A stretch of DNA of 64,000 bases from Chiloscyllium plagiosum (lineage: Eukaryota). Numbering within the stretch: the first letter of the stretch is position 1; each line of letters starts with the position of its first letter. Made by a program: the position numbers and the translations under genes. The DNA lies in assembly GCF_004010195.1 (NCBI RefSeq), contig NC_057720.1:32982290-33046289 (forward strand), in the 5' to 3' direction. The notes under the pieces are model-generated. The model worked only from the letters and a program-made list of their open reading frames with translations. It was not told the origin of the DNA and did no database searches. Below are positions 11,975-24,649 of this stretch, piece by piece.

Positions 11975-14900
11975 TTTTATTCATACATGGGAGGTAAATG
12001 TTGCTGTCTGGGTCATAATTTATTGCCCATCCCTAATTGCCCTTGAAGATAATGGTGAGCTGTAAATCCATTCAGTGTAGATAGACCCACAGTGGCATTA
12101 GGGAGAGAGTTCCAGGATTTTTTGATCCAGTGATCCACTCTCCTGACTTGTGCTTGTGGTTGGTGGGTCAGGAGGTTACTCATTGCAGGATGCCTAGCCT
12201 CCGACTTGCTCAGTATCTGCAATATTTGTATATGCTTAGTGGAATTCAGTTTCTGTTCAATCATAACCTCTAGGATGTTGATCGTGAGGGATTTAATGAT
12301 GGTAATGTTATTGAACAGCAAGGGGCAATGATTAGATTCTCTTATTGAGGATGGTCATTACCTGGCACTTGTGTGGCATGACTGTTATATGCTACTAGTC
12401 TGTCCAAACCAAGATATTGTCCAGGCATTGTTGCATTTGGAAATGGACTGCTTCAGTCTCTGAAGAGTTGTGAATGGTGCTCAACATTTACATGGACATC
12501 CCACTTCTTACTTTATGATGGAGGAAGGTCATTGATGAAGCAACTCAAGACAGTTAGGCCTGGAACACTATGTGGTACTTCTGAGTCAGAAGGCCTGGAT
12601 TCAAATTCCATCTGTTTAGGAGCTATATAATAACAACTCTTAACCGATTGATTGATTGAAAATATCTACCCTGAGGAACTCCTGTAGAGAGATCTTTGAA
12701 CTGAGATGACTGACATACAACAACCAGAACCATCTTCTTTTGTACCCGGCATGACTGTAACTGATGGAGCGTTTTCCTGCTGACTCCCATTAATTTTGAG
12801 CCTCCTTGATGCCACACTGAGTCACACAAATGTCAAGGGCAGTCACTCTCACCTCAGCTCCAGAATTCAGCTCTTCCAGCCATATTTGAACCAGGGCTGT
12901 TACTAGGTCAGGAGCTGAGTGATCCAGGCAGAACCCATCAGTGAACAGATGCTAAGTAGGTACAGTTTGATAGCATTGTTGATGACACTTTCCATCACTT
13001 TATTAATAATTAAGAGTAGACTAATACGGCAGTAATTGTCTGATTTGGCTTGATGCTGCATTTTGAGCACAGAATATACCTGGGCAATTTTTTATATTTT
13101 CAGGTAGATGCCAGCAGTGTAGCTGAACTGGAACAGGTTGGTTTGGTGCACGGCAAGATCTGGAGCACAGATCTCCAGTGCAGTTGTTATAATGTTGACA
13201 GGATTCATTGCCTTTACAGTATCCATTGCTTTTAACTGTTTGTAGATTTCATCATGTGAAGTGAATTGAATTGGATGAAGACTAGCATCTGTGATACTAG
13301 GGACCTCCAGAGAATGCCAAAATGGATCATGCACTCAACACCTCTGGTTGTCAATCGTTGCAAATGCTTCAGCCTTATCTTTTACACTGATGTACTGGGC
13401 TCCCCATCTTTGAGGATGGGACATTTGTGAAGGTTCACCTTCTATTGAGTTGTTTAGTTGTCCACTATCATTGCTAGATGTGGCAAAACTGCAGAATTTA
13501 GATCTGATCTATTGATTGTGGAGTCACTTTACCCTTTCTGTCACTTGCTGTTTATGCTCTTTGGCACAAAAGTAGTCCAGTTTTGTATCTTCACCAGGCT
13601 AACACCTTATTTATAGGTATGTCTGGTGCTGCTCCTGGCATGCTGTCCTGCACTTCTCAGTGAACCAAAGTGATTCCTGGCTTGATGGTAAGAGTAAAGT
13701 AGAGGATATGCCACACCGTGAGGTTGTAGATTGTGTCGGAGTACAATTCTGCTACTGCTTATGACCCACAGCGCCTCATGGGTACCCATTCTTGATTTGC
13801 TAAATCTGTTTGAAATCTATCCCCTTTACCATGATGATGGAGCTACACAACACAATAGAAGATATTCTCAATTTGCAGATCAGACTACATCTCCACAAGG
13901 ATTGTATGGTAGTCATTCTAATTGATATTGTTATGGACAGTTACATCCACAATAGGTGGATTGTTGAGGATGAGGTCATGTTGGTTTCCTTAACATCTAC
14001 TGCAGACTCAGTCTAGCAGTTATGCTTTTTAGGACTTAACCAGCTCAGTCAGTAATAGTGCTGTTGAGCTTGGCGTAGACCTTGAAGCTCCCCCATCCAT
14101 TGTACAGTCGGCAAGCTTGCCACCCTCTGTACTTCTTCCAAATGATGTTCAACATGGAGGAGTACTGATCCATCAACCAAGGGGTGTCAATGTGTGGTAA
14201 CAAGCAAGAGTTTCCTTGCCCACGTTTGACCTGATGCCACAAGACTTCATGGGATCTGGAGTCATTGCTCAGGTGTCCTGAGTACAACTGTGCCACCACC
14301 TCTGCTGGATACCAGGGGTAGTGTTGGTGCTGTCTGAAACATTGTGCTTAACATATGATTCTGTGAATATAACTGTGTCAGGCCATTATTTGACTTGTCA
14401 ATGAGACAGACATGAAATGTTTGCACGAGGTCACAGTTGTTGTTGGTCAAGAGGGCTTTGCAAGATTAAGAGACCTGAGTTTGCTGTGGTTGTTTCCAGT
14501 GGCAGTGGTTCTGGAGTCACATGCAGACTAGACCAGGTAACGACAGTATATTTCTTTCCTTGAGGGATATTAGTGATTAGATTAGATTCCCTACAGTGCG
14601 GAAACAGGCCCTTCAGCCCAACAAGTCCACACCAACCCTCTGAAGAGCAACCCACCCAGACCCACTCCCCTGCATTTATTGCTGACCTAGCACTATGGGC
14701 ATTTTAACGTGGCCAATTCACCCTAACCTGCACATCTTTGGACTCTGGGAGGAAACCGGAGCACCCGGAGGAAATCCACGCAGATGCTGGGAGAAGTGCA
14801 AACTCCATATAGACAGTTGCCCAAGGGGGAATTGAACCTGCGTCCCTGGCGCTGTGAGGTAACAGTGCTAACCACTGTGCCACCATGCTGCCCCTTAATC

Positions 14901-15058
14901 CGATTATGAACAAAGGTTTCACAGTCATTGTTATGTCAGTATTTAATTCTAGATTTCATTAAATTTACATTCCACCATATGCCATGGTGAGATTCAAACA
15001 CATGCCTACAGAACATTACTTGAGTCTCTGGATTACTAATTCAGTGAATATATCACTG
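11975..15058 (-). mobile_element. Decayed ~3 kb non-LTR retrotransposon (APE endonuclease + RT; CR1/L2/Jockey-group-like) with tRNA-like 5' head; two SINEs nested inside
   Basis: Minus-strand remnants: EN (HEVLWHQVKRGQGN), linker (LKAMDTVKAMNP), RT (DSVWHQG, TGVPQG), 3' tail gggcaattagggatgggcaataaa at ~12020-12045. The 5' head at 14500-14575 and 14900-15058 is homologous to the SINE at 63525-63870. Confidence 0.7.
14575..14893 (-). mobile_element. HE1-like SINE (nested in the LINE 5' head)
   Basis: Reverse complement has the full tRNA head, core and (taatc)n tail. Confidence 0.85.
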
Positions 15059-16174
15059 CGCAAAAGAGAAATAAAAAAGTAACATTTTATAAACAAAATC
15101 TATTACTCTTAATGGGGAGAGAGAGCAGCAAAGATTGACCTCAATTTCTTAAAGTAAATTCTCTCTAAATCATTTGTCCCTTTGCCCACTTTCTGTGTAA
15201 GGCAGTGACACAGTTCTACAACCTCCACCAAGTTAGCAGACTGGTTGTTTATCATCCATGAGCCCGGACCAGGAATGCTGGTCAGTTATTACACGTAAGG
15301 AAGAGAGCATCTGTGGAACTGAGCCAAATCTGACCTTAGTACAGCATCCAAATCTGCTTTGCCGATGGGTAGAGTAGGCAGGGTGATCTCTGAATGGCAT
15401 TGGCCTTTACCTCCCTCCCAGTCCCACTTAATATTGAATCAGTCCACTATTGGTGTTATTCAGATATAAAATTTGGCAGCATTGATCCTTTTGTACAAAT
15501 AAACTTTCACAGAGATTTATAGGATTGTGCAACCGAGCAGAAACCAGATAAAGTGGTTTCCTTCTTGTTGCGTAATCATATGAAACTTTGTAAGTCAAAA
15601 TATTTTGATGTTAATAATAGTACATGTTCACAGAAGTTTCAATGTCATTTAAGAATTGATACAAATAAAATCCTTAGTCAGTTGGCATATTTTGTATATG
15701 ACTGTGCAAAATGTCTGGCTAAGAAGTGAATAAGAATAATGCAACATAATCCAGCAATTTTCAATTAACTTTAAATTAACCTATGAAATACAGTCTATCC
15801 AAAGAGAGCAATGAAGCTTATTGATCACACTTTTAAAGTTTCTCATTGTGCACTAGTAGAGTTTCTTCTTACTACTCCTATCAAAATAAAAGCTACATAA
15901 ACTCTGAAATCTAAATTTCTTTGTTCTTTAGATAAATATTAACAAGAGCCATTATTTTGCCAAGTCTGTTTTTTTCAATGGTGACAAGTACTATTTACAT
16001 TGAATGAATAACTAAATGTAATTAAGAATATCTGAATCTTATATTCCGTTTGTATGAATCATCTGTAAACTGGTATTAGATTAAACCTTAAGCTCCCTGT
16101 GTATTTTTAAAAGAGGAACATGACTTGGTGATAGGCTTGGAAATACATAATTTAAGAAAATACAGCATGAGAAA

Positions 16175-16495
16175 AGACTGCAGTTAATCAGAGACAAAAA
16201 CAGAAATTGCAGGGAAAGCTCAGCAAGTCTGGCAGCATCAGTGGAGAGAAATCAGCATTAACGTTTTGGGTGGAGTGATCCTTTCTCTCAGAACTGATGG
16301 TAGCTGATGGTGAGAGGAGCAGAACACCTTCAAGGTGGGCATGCCTACAAGAGAAGTGGCAGTGAGTTAAATACTAAATAAAAGCTGAAAGAACTGCAGA
16401 TACTATAAATCAGAGACAAAAGTAGAAATTGCTGGAAAAAAACCCATCAGGTCTGGCAATATTTGTGGAGAGAAACTGGTGTTAACATTTTGGTT
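16175..16495 (-). mobile_element. Two tandem older PLE-terminus-derived elements
   Basis: Repeated aatcagagacaaaa...gaaattgc...ggaaa...cagc.agtctggca.cat...tggagagaaa units. Degenerate hammerhead remnant near 16260-16295. Confidence 0.55.
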
Positions 16496-17141
16496 AATCA
16501 GGCTGGTTGCAAAAACAAATGCTCCTTGACCACCTATTCCTGCAAATATCTATCCAATTTTGCCTTAAATTTTCCTACACTCACTGACACACTAATACAC
16601 CTTCAAAACCCATTGCATTAACCAGTTACAGCAAAGCTTTTTTCTGGGTGTTCTCAGGTTGAGTTTGTGTCCCTCCTTGTAGCATTTATGTCAATTGGAA
16701 ACATACTTCTGGAATTCAGTTTATGTATTATATTTGAATGTCTTTGTTCAAACTTTTCCCCTCTCCTCAGTGCAAGATCAATCATAACCAAATCACGAGG
16801 AACTTTATTGTCTCACCTAGCCTTCCTAAACTTCAAATTGCAGCCTTTGATATAGCTGATCACATCCTCCTTTCAGAGAGAGGATTGTTCCTTTTCCTTG
16901 TGTAATTTAATTTGTCGTCCACTTCCCTTTTTATGGCATCATCACCTCCTGAAAAAGAGATCTGGTCCCACATCCTAGGTAAATTCGACCCAATTATCCC
17001 TATTTACCTCTCAATGTTTTTTTACAGTCATGACTGCAGGTAGGGTAGGCAGTTAGAATAAGCCATAATGTCATTCAGCTAAACCTGGGGAAAACCAAAG
17101 TCATCACAATTCAACTCCATGGAGAACAGAAAAGTTTATAG

Positions 17142-17474
<333 letters not shown>

Positions 17475-17601
17475 TAAAGACCTTCTAAATATGTAACCTG
17501 AATATTCCTTTTCTGTGAAATATATTGTGTAAGGTCTTTAGGACCCTGGAGCAAACTTGTGACAATGTCACAGAGCTGCTTCTCACTAGACATACATAAT
17601 A

Positions 17602-17760
17602 AAGTCAAGAGTGTGGTGCTGGAAAAGCACAGCGGGTCAGGCAGCATCCAAGGAGTAGGAGAATCGATGTTTCGGGCATAAGTCCTTCATCAGGAAAAGC
17701 ACCTGCTGTGCTTTTCCAGCACCACGCTCTCGACTCTGATCTTCAGAACTGCAGTCCTCA
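17602..17760. mobile_element. Family A hammerhead-bearing fold-back element
   Basis: Minus strand 17661-17695 reads ctgatga-a-ggac-ttat-gccc-gaaa-catc-gattc. Inverted arms gtggtgctggaaaagcacagc / gctgtgcttttccagcaccac. Confidence 0.8.
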
Positions 17761-17769
17761 GTGTCGTCT

Positions 17770-18560
17770 CATACAGAATAAAGTCATTTATTTTGGAAGG
17801 GCGAGCAAAAGAACAGAATTTTACTTAAATATTAATAAAAAAGGCAGAAGCTGCAACACAAAGGGATTTGGGGGTACTATGCATGAAAATTAGAAAGCTA
17901 GCTCACAGATGGGTAGCAGGTAATCAGGAAGATTAATGCAACGTTGATCCTTATTTCAAGGAGTTTGGAATAATAAGAGTAGGGAAGTCTAATTGCAACT
18001 GTGCAAGGTGCTGCTGAGACCACATTTAGAAAATTGTGAGCAGTTGTGGTGCCCTTATTTAAGGAAAGATATCATTTCGTTGGATGCAGTGTGGAGAAAA
18101 TTTGCATTGATCATCCCTGGGTTGGAAAGATTGTCTTATGAGCAAAGTCTAAACAGGATGGGAATCTACTCACTGGCATTCAGAAGATTGAGAGATGATC
18201 TCATGTAAACACACAGGATTCTTAAGGAGCTTGACAGGTTAAGCTCCCCACTATGGGAGAGACTAGGACTAGAGGACATAAAGGGGCCCGAATTTAGACC
18301 GAGATAAGGAGGAATGTCTCCTCTTTGAGGGTTGAGACTTTGGAATTCCTTGCCGCAGAGAGCTATGGAGACAGAGTCCTTGAGCATATTTAAGGCTGAG
18401 ATAGATAAAGTATTAGTCAATCCGGGAATCAAGGGTTATGGGGAAAACACAACAAAGTGGATATGAAAAATGTTGGATCATAATCCTGTTGAAAGGCAGA
18501 GTAGGCTGAAGGGGCTGAACAGCCCAATCCTGTTCCGATTTCTTATATTCTTATAATCTT
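17770..18560 (+). mobile_element. CR1 LINE 3' fragment
   Basis: LLRPHLENCEQLWCPYLRKDI...LSYEQSLNRMGIYSL motif plus 3' UTR. Confidence 0.8.
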
Positions 18561-18964
18561 ACGTCATACAGAGAGTGTGATCTCTCAAATTAATTATGGT
18601 TGCCTTTTCACCAGGCTGCTTTCAGCAATCACAAGGTTAATCGTGTGACCAGATATCAAATTTCTGTTGTCAATCAAAAAAAAAATTAAACATTAAACAA
18701 CTATAAGTAAAATGGAAAATTTTGAAATCTTGACAATACACAGCAAGTCAATTAGCACCTTTAAATTTAAAAAGACAAATTATGATGTTTTAGGTTTCTA
18801 CCTTTCAACTCTATTGAAATGAAGATTGCCTTTTCAGTAGGATGAGGGGGAAGAAACAGCAGGAAGGGAGTAAATCACAACATCAGTCATAGAAAGCAGT
18901 GGTGAATATAATGTAAGGTCCTTCATACCAATCATGTAAGAGATTGTCAGTAAGATTTAAAGGA

Positions 18965-19765
18965 AGGGTGGCAGATGGAGTTTAATTTGGATAAATTCGA
19001 CATATTGCTTTTTGGTAAAACAAACAAAGGCAAGACATGTACAATTAAAGATAGGGCATTGGCTAGTGTTGCAGAACAGAGAGACTTAAGGGTTCAGTTA
19101 CATAATTCTTTTGAAATTTGCATCACATGTGGATAAGATGGTTAAGAAGGCATTTTTCATGCTTGCCTTCATTGCTCAGACCTTTGAGTATAGGGGTTGG
19201 GATATTATGTTGAGGTTGTATAGAAAATGAGTGAGGCCTACTTGGAGTACTATGTCCAGTTCTGGTATCCCTGCTAAGGAAGGATATTATTAAGCTGGTG
19301 AGGGCTCAGAAGAGATTTAGCAGAATGTTGCCATGAATGGAGGGCTTGAGTTATAGGTAGAGGCTGGATAGGCTGAGACTTTTTTCATTGGAATGTAGGA
19401 GGTTGAGTGATTTTATAGAGGTTTATAAAATCATTAGGGGTATAGATTAGCTGAATGGCAAGTGTCTTTTCCCTATGGGGGGGGATTTCAAGATTAGGGG
19501 ACATATTTTTGAGGGAAGAGGAGAAAGATTTAAAAAAGACATGAGGGATTTTTTTTTACATAGAGGGTGGTTCACGTGTGGAATGAACTTCCGGAGGAAA
19601 TGGTGGATAATATTTAGAAGACATTTAGATAAGTACATGAATAAAAAAGATTTGGAGGGATATGGGCCAAGTGCAGACAGATAGAACTAGCGTAGTAGTT
19701 TGGGATTATAGTCGGCGTGGACTGTTTGGACTGAAGGGCCTGTTTCCATGCTGTATGACTGTGAG
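18965..19765 (+). mobile_element. CR1/HER1-like LINE 3' fragment
   Basis: RT C-terminal remnants. 3' end gtcggcgtggac...gaagggcctgtttcca is shared with the HE1-like SINE tails. Confidence 0.8.
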
Positions 19766-20659
19766 ACAAAAGAATGTACAAAAGGTATGAACGTAAAACA
19801 TTTGGAAATACCAGTGCAAACAAACTCAAATGTACACAATGTGAATGAAAAAGGGAGTGAAAATCAGGCTCCATATGTAGCTAATATGAAATTAAAAATG
19901 AAAAGTCAAACTACTGAATGCTAAGTTATGAGAACAAGAAAAGTACATCACAGACTCGAGGGCTCTTCACCACAAACATCAGTCCATCCACCTACACAAT
20001 GATAGAGCTTTCCCCCATCATGCACTCTGTGGACTGCAAAACAAAAGAGAAGTAGAGCTAAGGTTTACAGATGCTAATGGGAATGTCCTGTTCGTGTGAT
20101 ACAAAATTCCCAGCAGAAAAATGAGAGATTTTTTCTGAAGTTTGCAGTTGTATGTTGTGACTTTTTTAAAAAAATCATTTAAATTATTTTGAGTTGTTCA
20201 TTTTTGAATTACTCTATTTGTCAAATAGAATAAGAAAGCTGATGTATAAATGGGTATATATTACCAAACATTAAAATTACATTCTGTTGGTCACAAAGCT
20301 TCTGTATCTTTGCTGATGTAGTATGCTCTATTTATGTCTCTCATTTGTGCACTGGTGAATGTTTCAGTAATGTTAATGGAACCAATTTGTAACCAGAAGG
20401 TACGATGCTTTTCATAAATGCAAAAAAAAAGTAGATATTTACAATTCTATGTTGTTCTAATCCTAAGTTTTTTATATGAAGATATCTCTGCAAATGCTGA
20501 TGTTTTCCCTTCTTTAAACATATCCTAGTTTAAAACTATTTGTTGAAGATGTGAAAGAAAAACTGAAAATGCTGGAAATTTCAGCAACTGTGGAAAAAGA
20601 ACTAATGCTTCAAGTGTGGCATAACCCCTCTTCAGAACTGAAAGAGTTTGGAAAATGGT

Positions 20660-21790
20660 GGCTTCCATCCTTCCCTCACTATCACCTGGTCCATCTTCCA
20701 ATCTTCCCTGCCCTTCCCTGACTTTACTCTTTCGAGGAATAGGCTGTCCAATAATGTCCATTTCAAATCCACCAAATCCCAAAGTTAGCTCAATTACATT
20801 TCCTCACAACCTGCTTCCAGCAATGACTCCATTCCATTCTCCCAGTTTTTCAGTGTCCCCCACTGTTCCAATGATGCCACCTTTCACCAGGATAGCTCCA
20901 ACATGCCCTCCTTTTCCTCAGGCAAGTTCCTCTTTCTCTCGTCCCACGTCAACATCCCGCCAGCACCACAACTGACAGGACTCTCAGCTACGTCTGACCC
21001 ATTTCCTGTACTTCTGCCCTCACTCCTTCATAGGAATAGGAGTAGACCACACAGCCCCTCAAACCTGTTTCACCATCCAATGAGATCATGGCTGATCTGT
21101 GGCCCAACTCCATATAACTGGCTTTGGCCCATATCCCTTAATTTTTTGTTACGCAAAGGTATTATCTATTGAGTTAAAATTAATAACTTATCCTGCATAC
21201 ACTACCATTTTTGGAAGAGAGTTTCAAACATCAACCATCCTTTGTTTATCGAAATGCTTCCTAACATCTCTCCTGAACAGTTTGGCCCAAATTGTCAGGC
21301 TGTGCCCCTAGTTCTAGAATCCCCAACAAATGGAAATACTTTATTTCCCCTGTCTTTTCCACTACACTTTAAATGTAGTGGGAGTGAAAGGGAAAAGAAA
21401 GCCTTCTGAGGGTACATAGGTGACACAGGTAAAACTTTATTTTAAATACATCACCACATTTTTAAGCATATAGACTTACAGCATCCCTTAACTTTCTAAA
21501 TTCTAGAGAAAGCAGGTGTAATTTATGCTATCTCTCATCATATCTTAAAGCCTGAAGTCCAGATATCCCCTGTTTTCCAGAACAATGATGGTCTTTGTCC
21601 CAGGCCCTCACTTTCCACCCCACAGTCTCTGTATTCAAAGGATCATCTTTGACTATTTCTGCCACCTCCAGCAGATTACCACCACCCAATACATCTCCCC
21701 TTTCCCTCCACTGTCAGTGTTTTGCGTCTAATCCCTCTATGATACCCTGATCTACTATTGTATCATTCCTAACGCCCAACTCTTGAGGCT
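20660..21790 (+). mobile_element. Old PLE RT relic interrupted by a minus-strand CR1 3' fragment (~21030-21560)
   Basis: C-rich sequence homologous to the PLE thumb (gactccattccattctcccagttt; cactttccacccc...; gccacctccagc...accacc). Confidence 0.6.
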
Positions 21791-21944
21791 GCACTTTAGG
21801 GCAAGTTTGCTCCACCCCTCGTGTGGATCCTCGGAGTACACTTTAAATGTAGTGGGAGTGAAAGGGAAAAGAAAGCCTTCTGAGGGTACATAGGTGACAC
21901 AGGTAAAACTTTATTTTAAATACATCACCACATTTTTAAGCATG

Positions 21945-22040
21945 GTTAAAAATCACACCACACCAGGTTATGGTCCAACAAGTTTATTTGGAAGCACTAA
22001 CTTTCAGAGCGCTGCTCCTTCATCAGGTGGTTGTGGAGGA
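21945..22040 (-). ncRNA. Family B element with minimal hammerhead motif (21995-22029)
   Basis: Minus strand reads cac-ctgatga-a-ggagc-agc-gctct-gaaa-gtta-gtg. Helix I cac/gtg flanks the core. Confidence 0.75.
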
Positions 22041-24649
22041 TATATATTTTTAAATATATATTCACTTTTCATCATCAGCTCTGTGAGTGACTGTCATTTT
22101 AAATGTGGCTACTAGAATGAAAGTAGAGAGGCTAACCATCCTTAGGGCTGCACAGATCCCATCTGAATGATAGCTATCCTTTCCATAACATCCATACCAG
22201 CGTGAAACTTTGTAATGATTGAATGATGGAACATTGCCATTTGTGGAAGTTTCCATCAGTTTGTTTCCAAACATTTTCAGCAGGAAAAGCAAAAAAGCTA
22301 TATTTGTAGTTGGGAACAATGGGGGACGTTAGCTTCATCAGTGTCAAAACTTTTACAATCCATGAATAGTGACTTCACTGAACTGTGTTTCATTGAACAA
22401 GTTTCACTAAGACATTCGACCTGCATAGATTTGGCTGTCAGTGCTGCACAGTGGGATACTGATGATGCTGATCCTGCTGAAGAATATCTATATTTTCCTA
22501 CTTGATTTAATGCTGTGGGTCTCAAAGATCAATTTGGAAAGACAATCCCAACTGATGACTGACTAGATGTCTGATTGAATTCTATGCAACTCCCTGAGTG
22601 ACTTGCCGTTGCTCTGTGAACTGGTTACACAGGGCCTGTGGGATTGACTCTGGTCCATTTTCTGTACTGTAACAATATGGACTTCCTGATCTGATCAGCC
22701 CCAGCACCCAATTATGTCCAGATTCCTCAACTGATTTCAGATGGTGCCCTTGATGTACTAGAAATACTGGCCTAGCCATTGGTATCTGCATCCCATGAAT
22801 GAATTTTAAGAAGTCATGTTGCTGAGTATCGTTGTCTTTCAAAAAAAAACTTCGTTCATATTATGCAGCTGGGAAATATGTCTCAATCCTCGGAAATTAA
22901 TGCAGCTTATAAATTCAATTTACTTGTACCTTCATCATAAAATAATATTTCATTTAAACAAGAGCTGTGAAAGAGGATTAAGTGCTTTCATTCTGTCCTG
23001 ATTTTCTTGGTAAAGGTTAGAAACCAATAGCTTGCATTTCTGTCTCTGCAGTATTGTGGCTGAAGATTAAAACCTAATTACATGTTACAGGAGAAAAATG
23101 GCGTCTTTATGCAATATGAATCCAAAATCTGACCTTAATCATCATCTTTGGTGGAACATTCAGTTCAGAATGTCTTTTGAATAAGCTGCCAGTACACAAA
23201 GGAGAAGTGGGGGTGGGGGGAAAATTAATTCCATAGCCTAGTTGGACAAGTTGATGGTTATTCAGCTACAGCAGACTCTGTTTCAGTCAACACAGCTTTA
23301 CTGTGGCATAAATATGATGAATCCATTGACGAACGGTGAAGGATTTACAGTTCCAACAGGACAGAATCGAATTGCATTTTTCGTCTGTGGTCTGATGATA
23401 ATTTAGCCCTTTCTCATTTGCTTAATGGAATGCTTCACGGCAGCTTTGTGCTCAATTATTTATGGAAGAATTCAGTGTACGTACATGTTCTTTAACAATT
23501 TGAATCTGCTTGCTTTCACTTTGAAATTTCCTTTTGCTCACTTTTTCTCCACCCCTCCTTCCTCACCACAAATATAGAAAATGATGGTCTGTTCTTAGCC
23601 ATTTATTTCTCCACAAACATTGGAGAAATATTACAGCTGATGATAATGAGCAATTTCGTGCAATGGCACAGTTTTCCGTAGGTTGAAAGTTTTATTAAAT
23701 TTTAAAAGTAGGTTTTAGTAGAGTTCCTTTGAAGAATTTCCTTTTCAAGTTATTTTTGTCATTTTCTTTTCCTGCCCTCACCACTTCAACTCACTACCAC
23801 ATCTACATTGTGATAATTTATAAATGAATTACTAAAGAATTAATGACTTGCACTGGTAAAGCATTTTTCACAATCTCAGGATGTTTTAAAGTGTGGTTTA
23901 CGATGTGGTTTTGAAGGGCGGTCATTGCTGTAACAAATGAAATGCATTTGGTCAAGAATACTGTTCCAAACAGGTGAAAGTGGTCTCCGTTGAGTGACGG
24001 CTGACATCTCTAGGTAAAAGTCCCAAATTCTTCCATGTATTGCCTACACTTATCTATTTTATCAAATCAGACTGATTTTTAAAAAAATTTCATTTCATTA
24101 CTATTCCAGAGAGACTAGCTGCAATTTCTAACAGCTGCAGGGGCTGAGATCTGCTAACTCACCAAAGACCAGGGGCTCAAATGATTTCTACAACACCAGG
24201 CAATGTGTCCTTTACTGTGATCATTTTAGAAACTTAGAATAGTTGACCTTTGACTTCAGATTCCTGTCACTATTGTGCCTTTCTGGAGACAGGGCTTCTA
24301 AGATGTGAATGTTTGGCTCCCTGTGCAATGAAGTGCTTCAGCAGCAATGAGCCTCAAAAGCTGAGGCATGGATCAGAAATATTCTATTATTAAACCAAGT
24401 TAAAACTAAAAAATAATGTGAATTCTGAATGAGCCACTGTGCAAAAATATTATTATGAAGGAAGTTTTAATCCCCCCACACTTACCCAGAATTGTTTTTC
24501 TAGTGGTTAAAATAGCTGAATGGCTTGCTAGGCCATTTCAGAGAGCATTTAAGAGTCGATCACATTGCTGTGAATCTGGAATCATATATAGGCCAGACCA
24601 GGTAAGGACTGCAGTTTCCTTGCCCCAAAACATGTATCTCTAGATTAAT

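Noticed and set aside
22850..23700. Repeat-free intronic stretch that might be a conserved enhancer
   Set aside because: Conservation cannot be judged without cross-species alignment.
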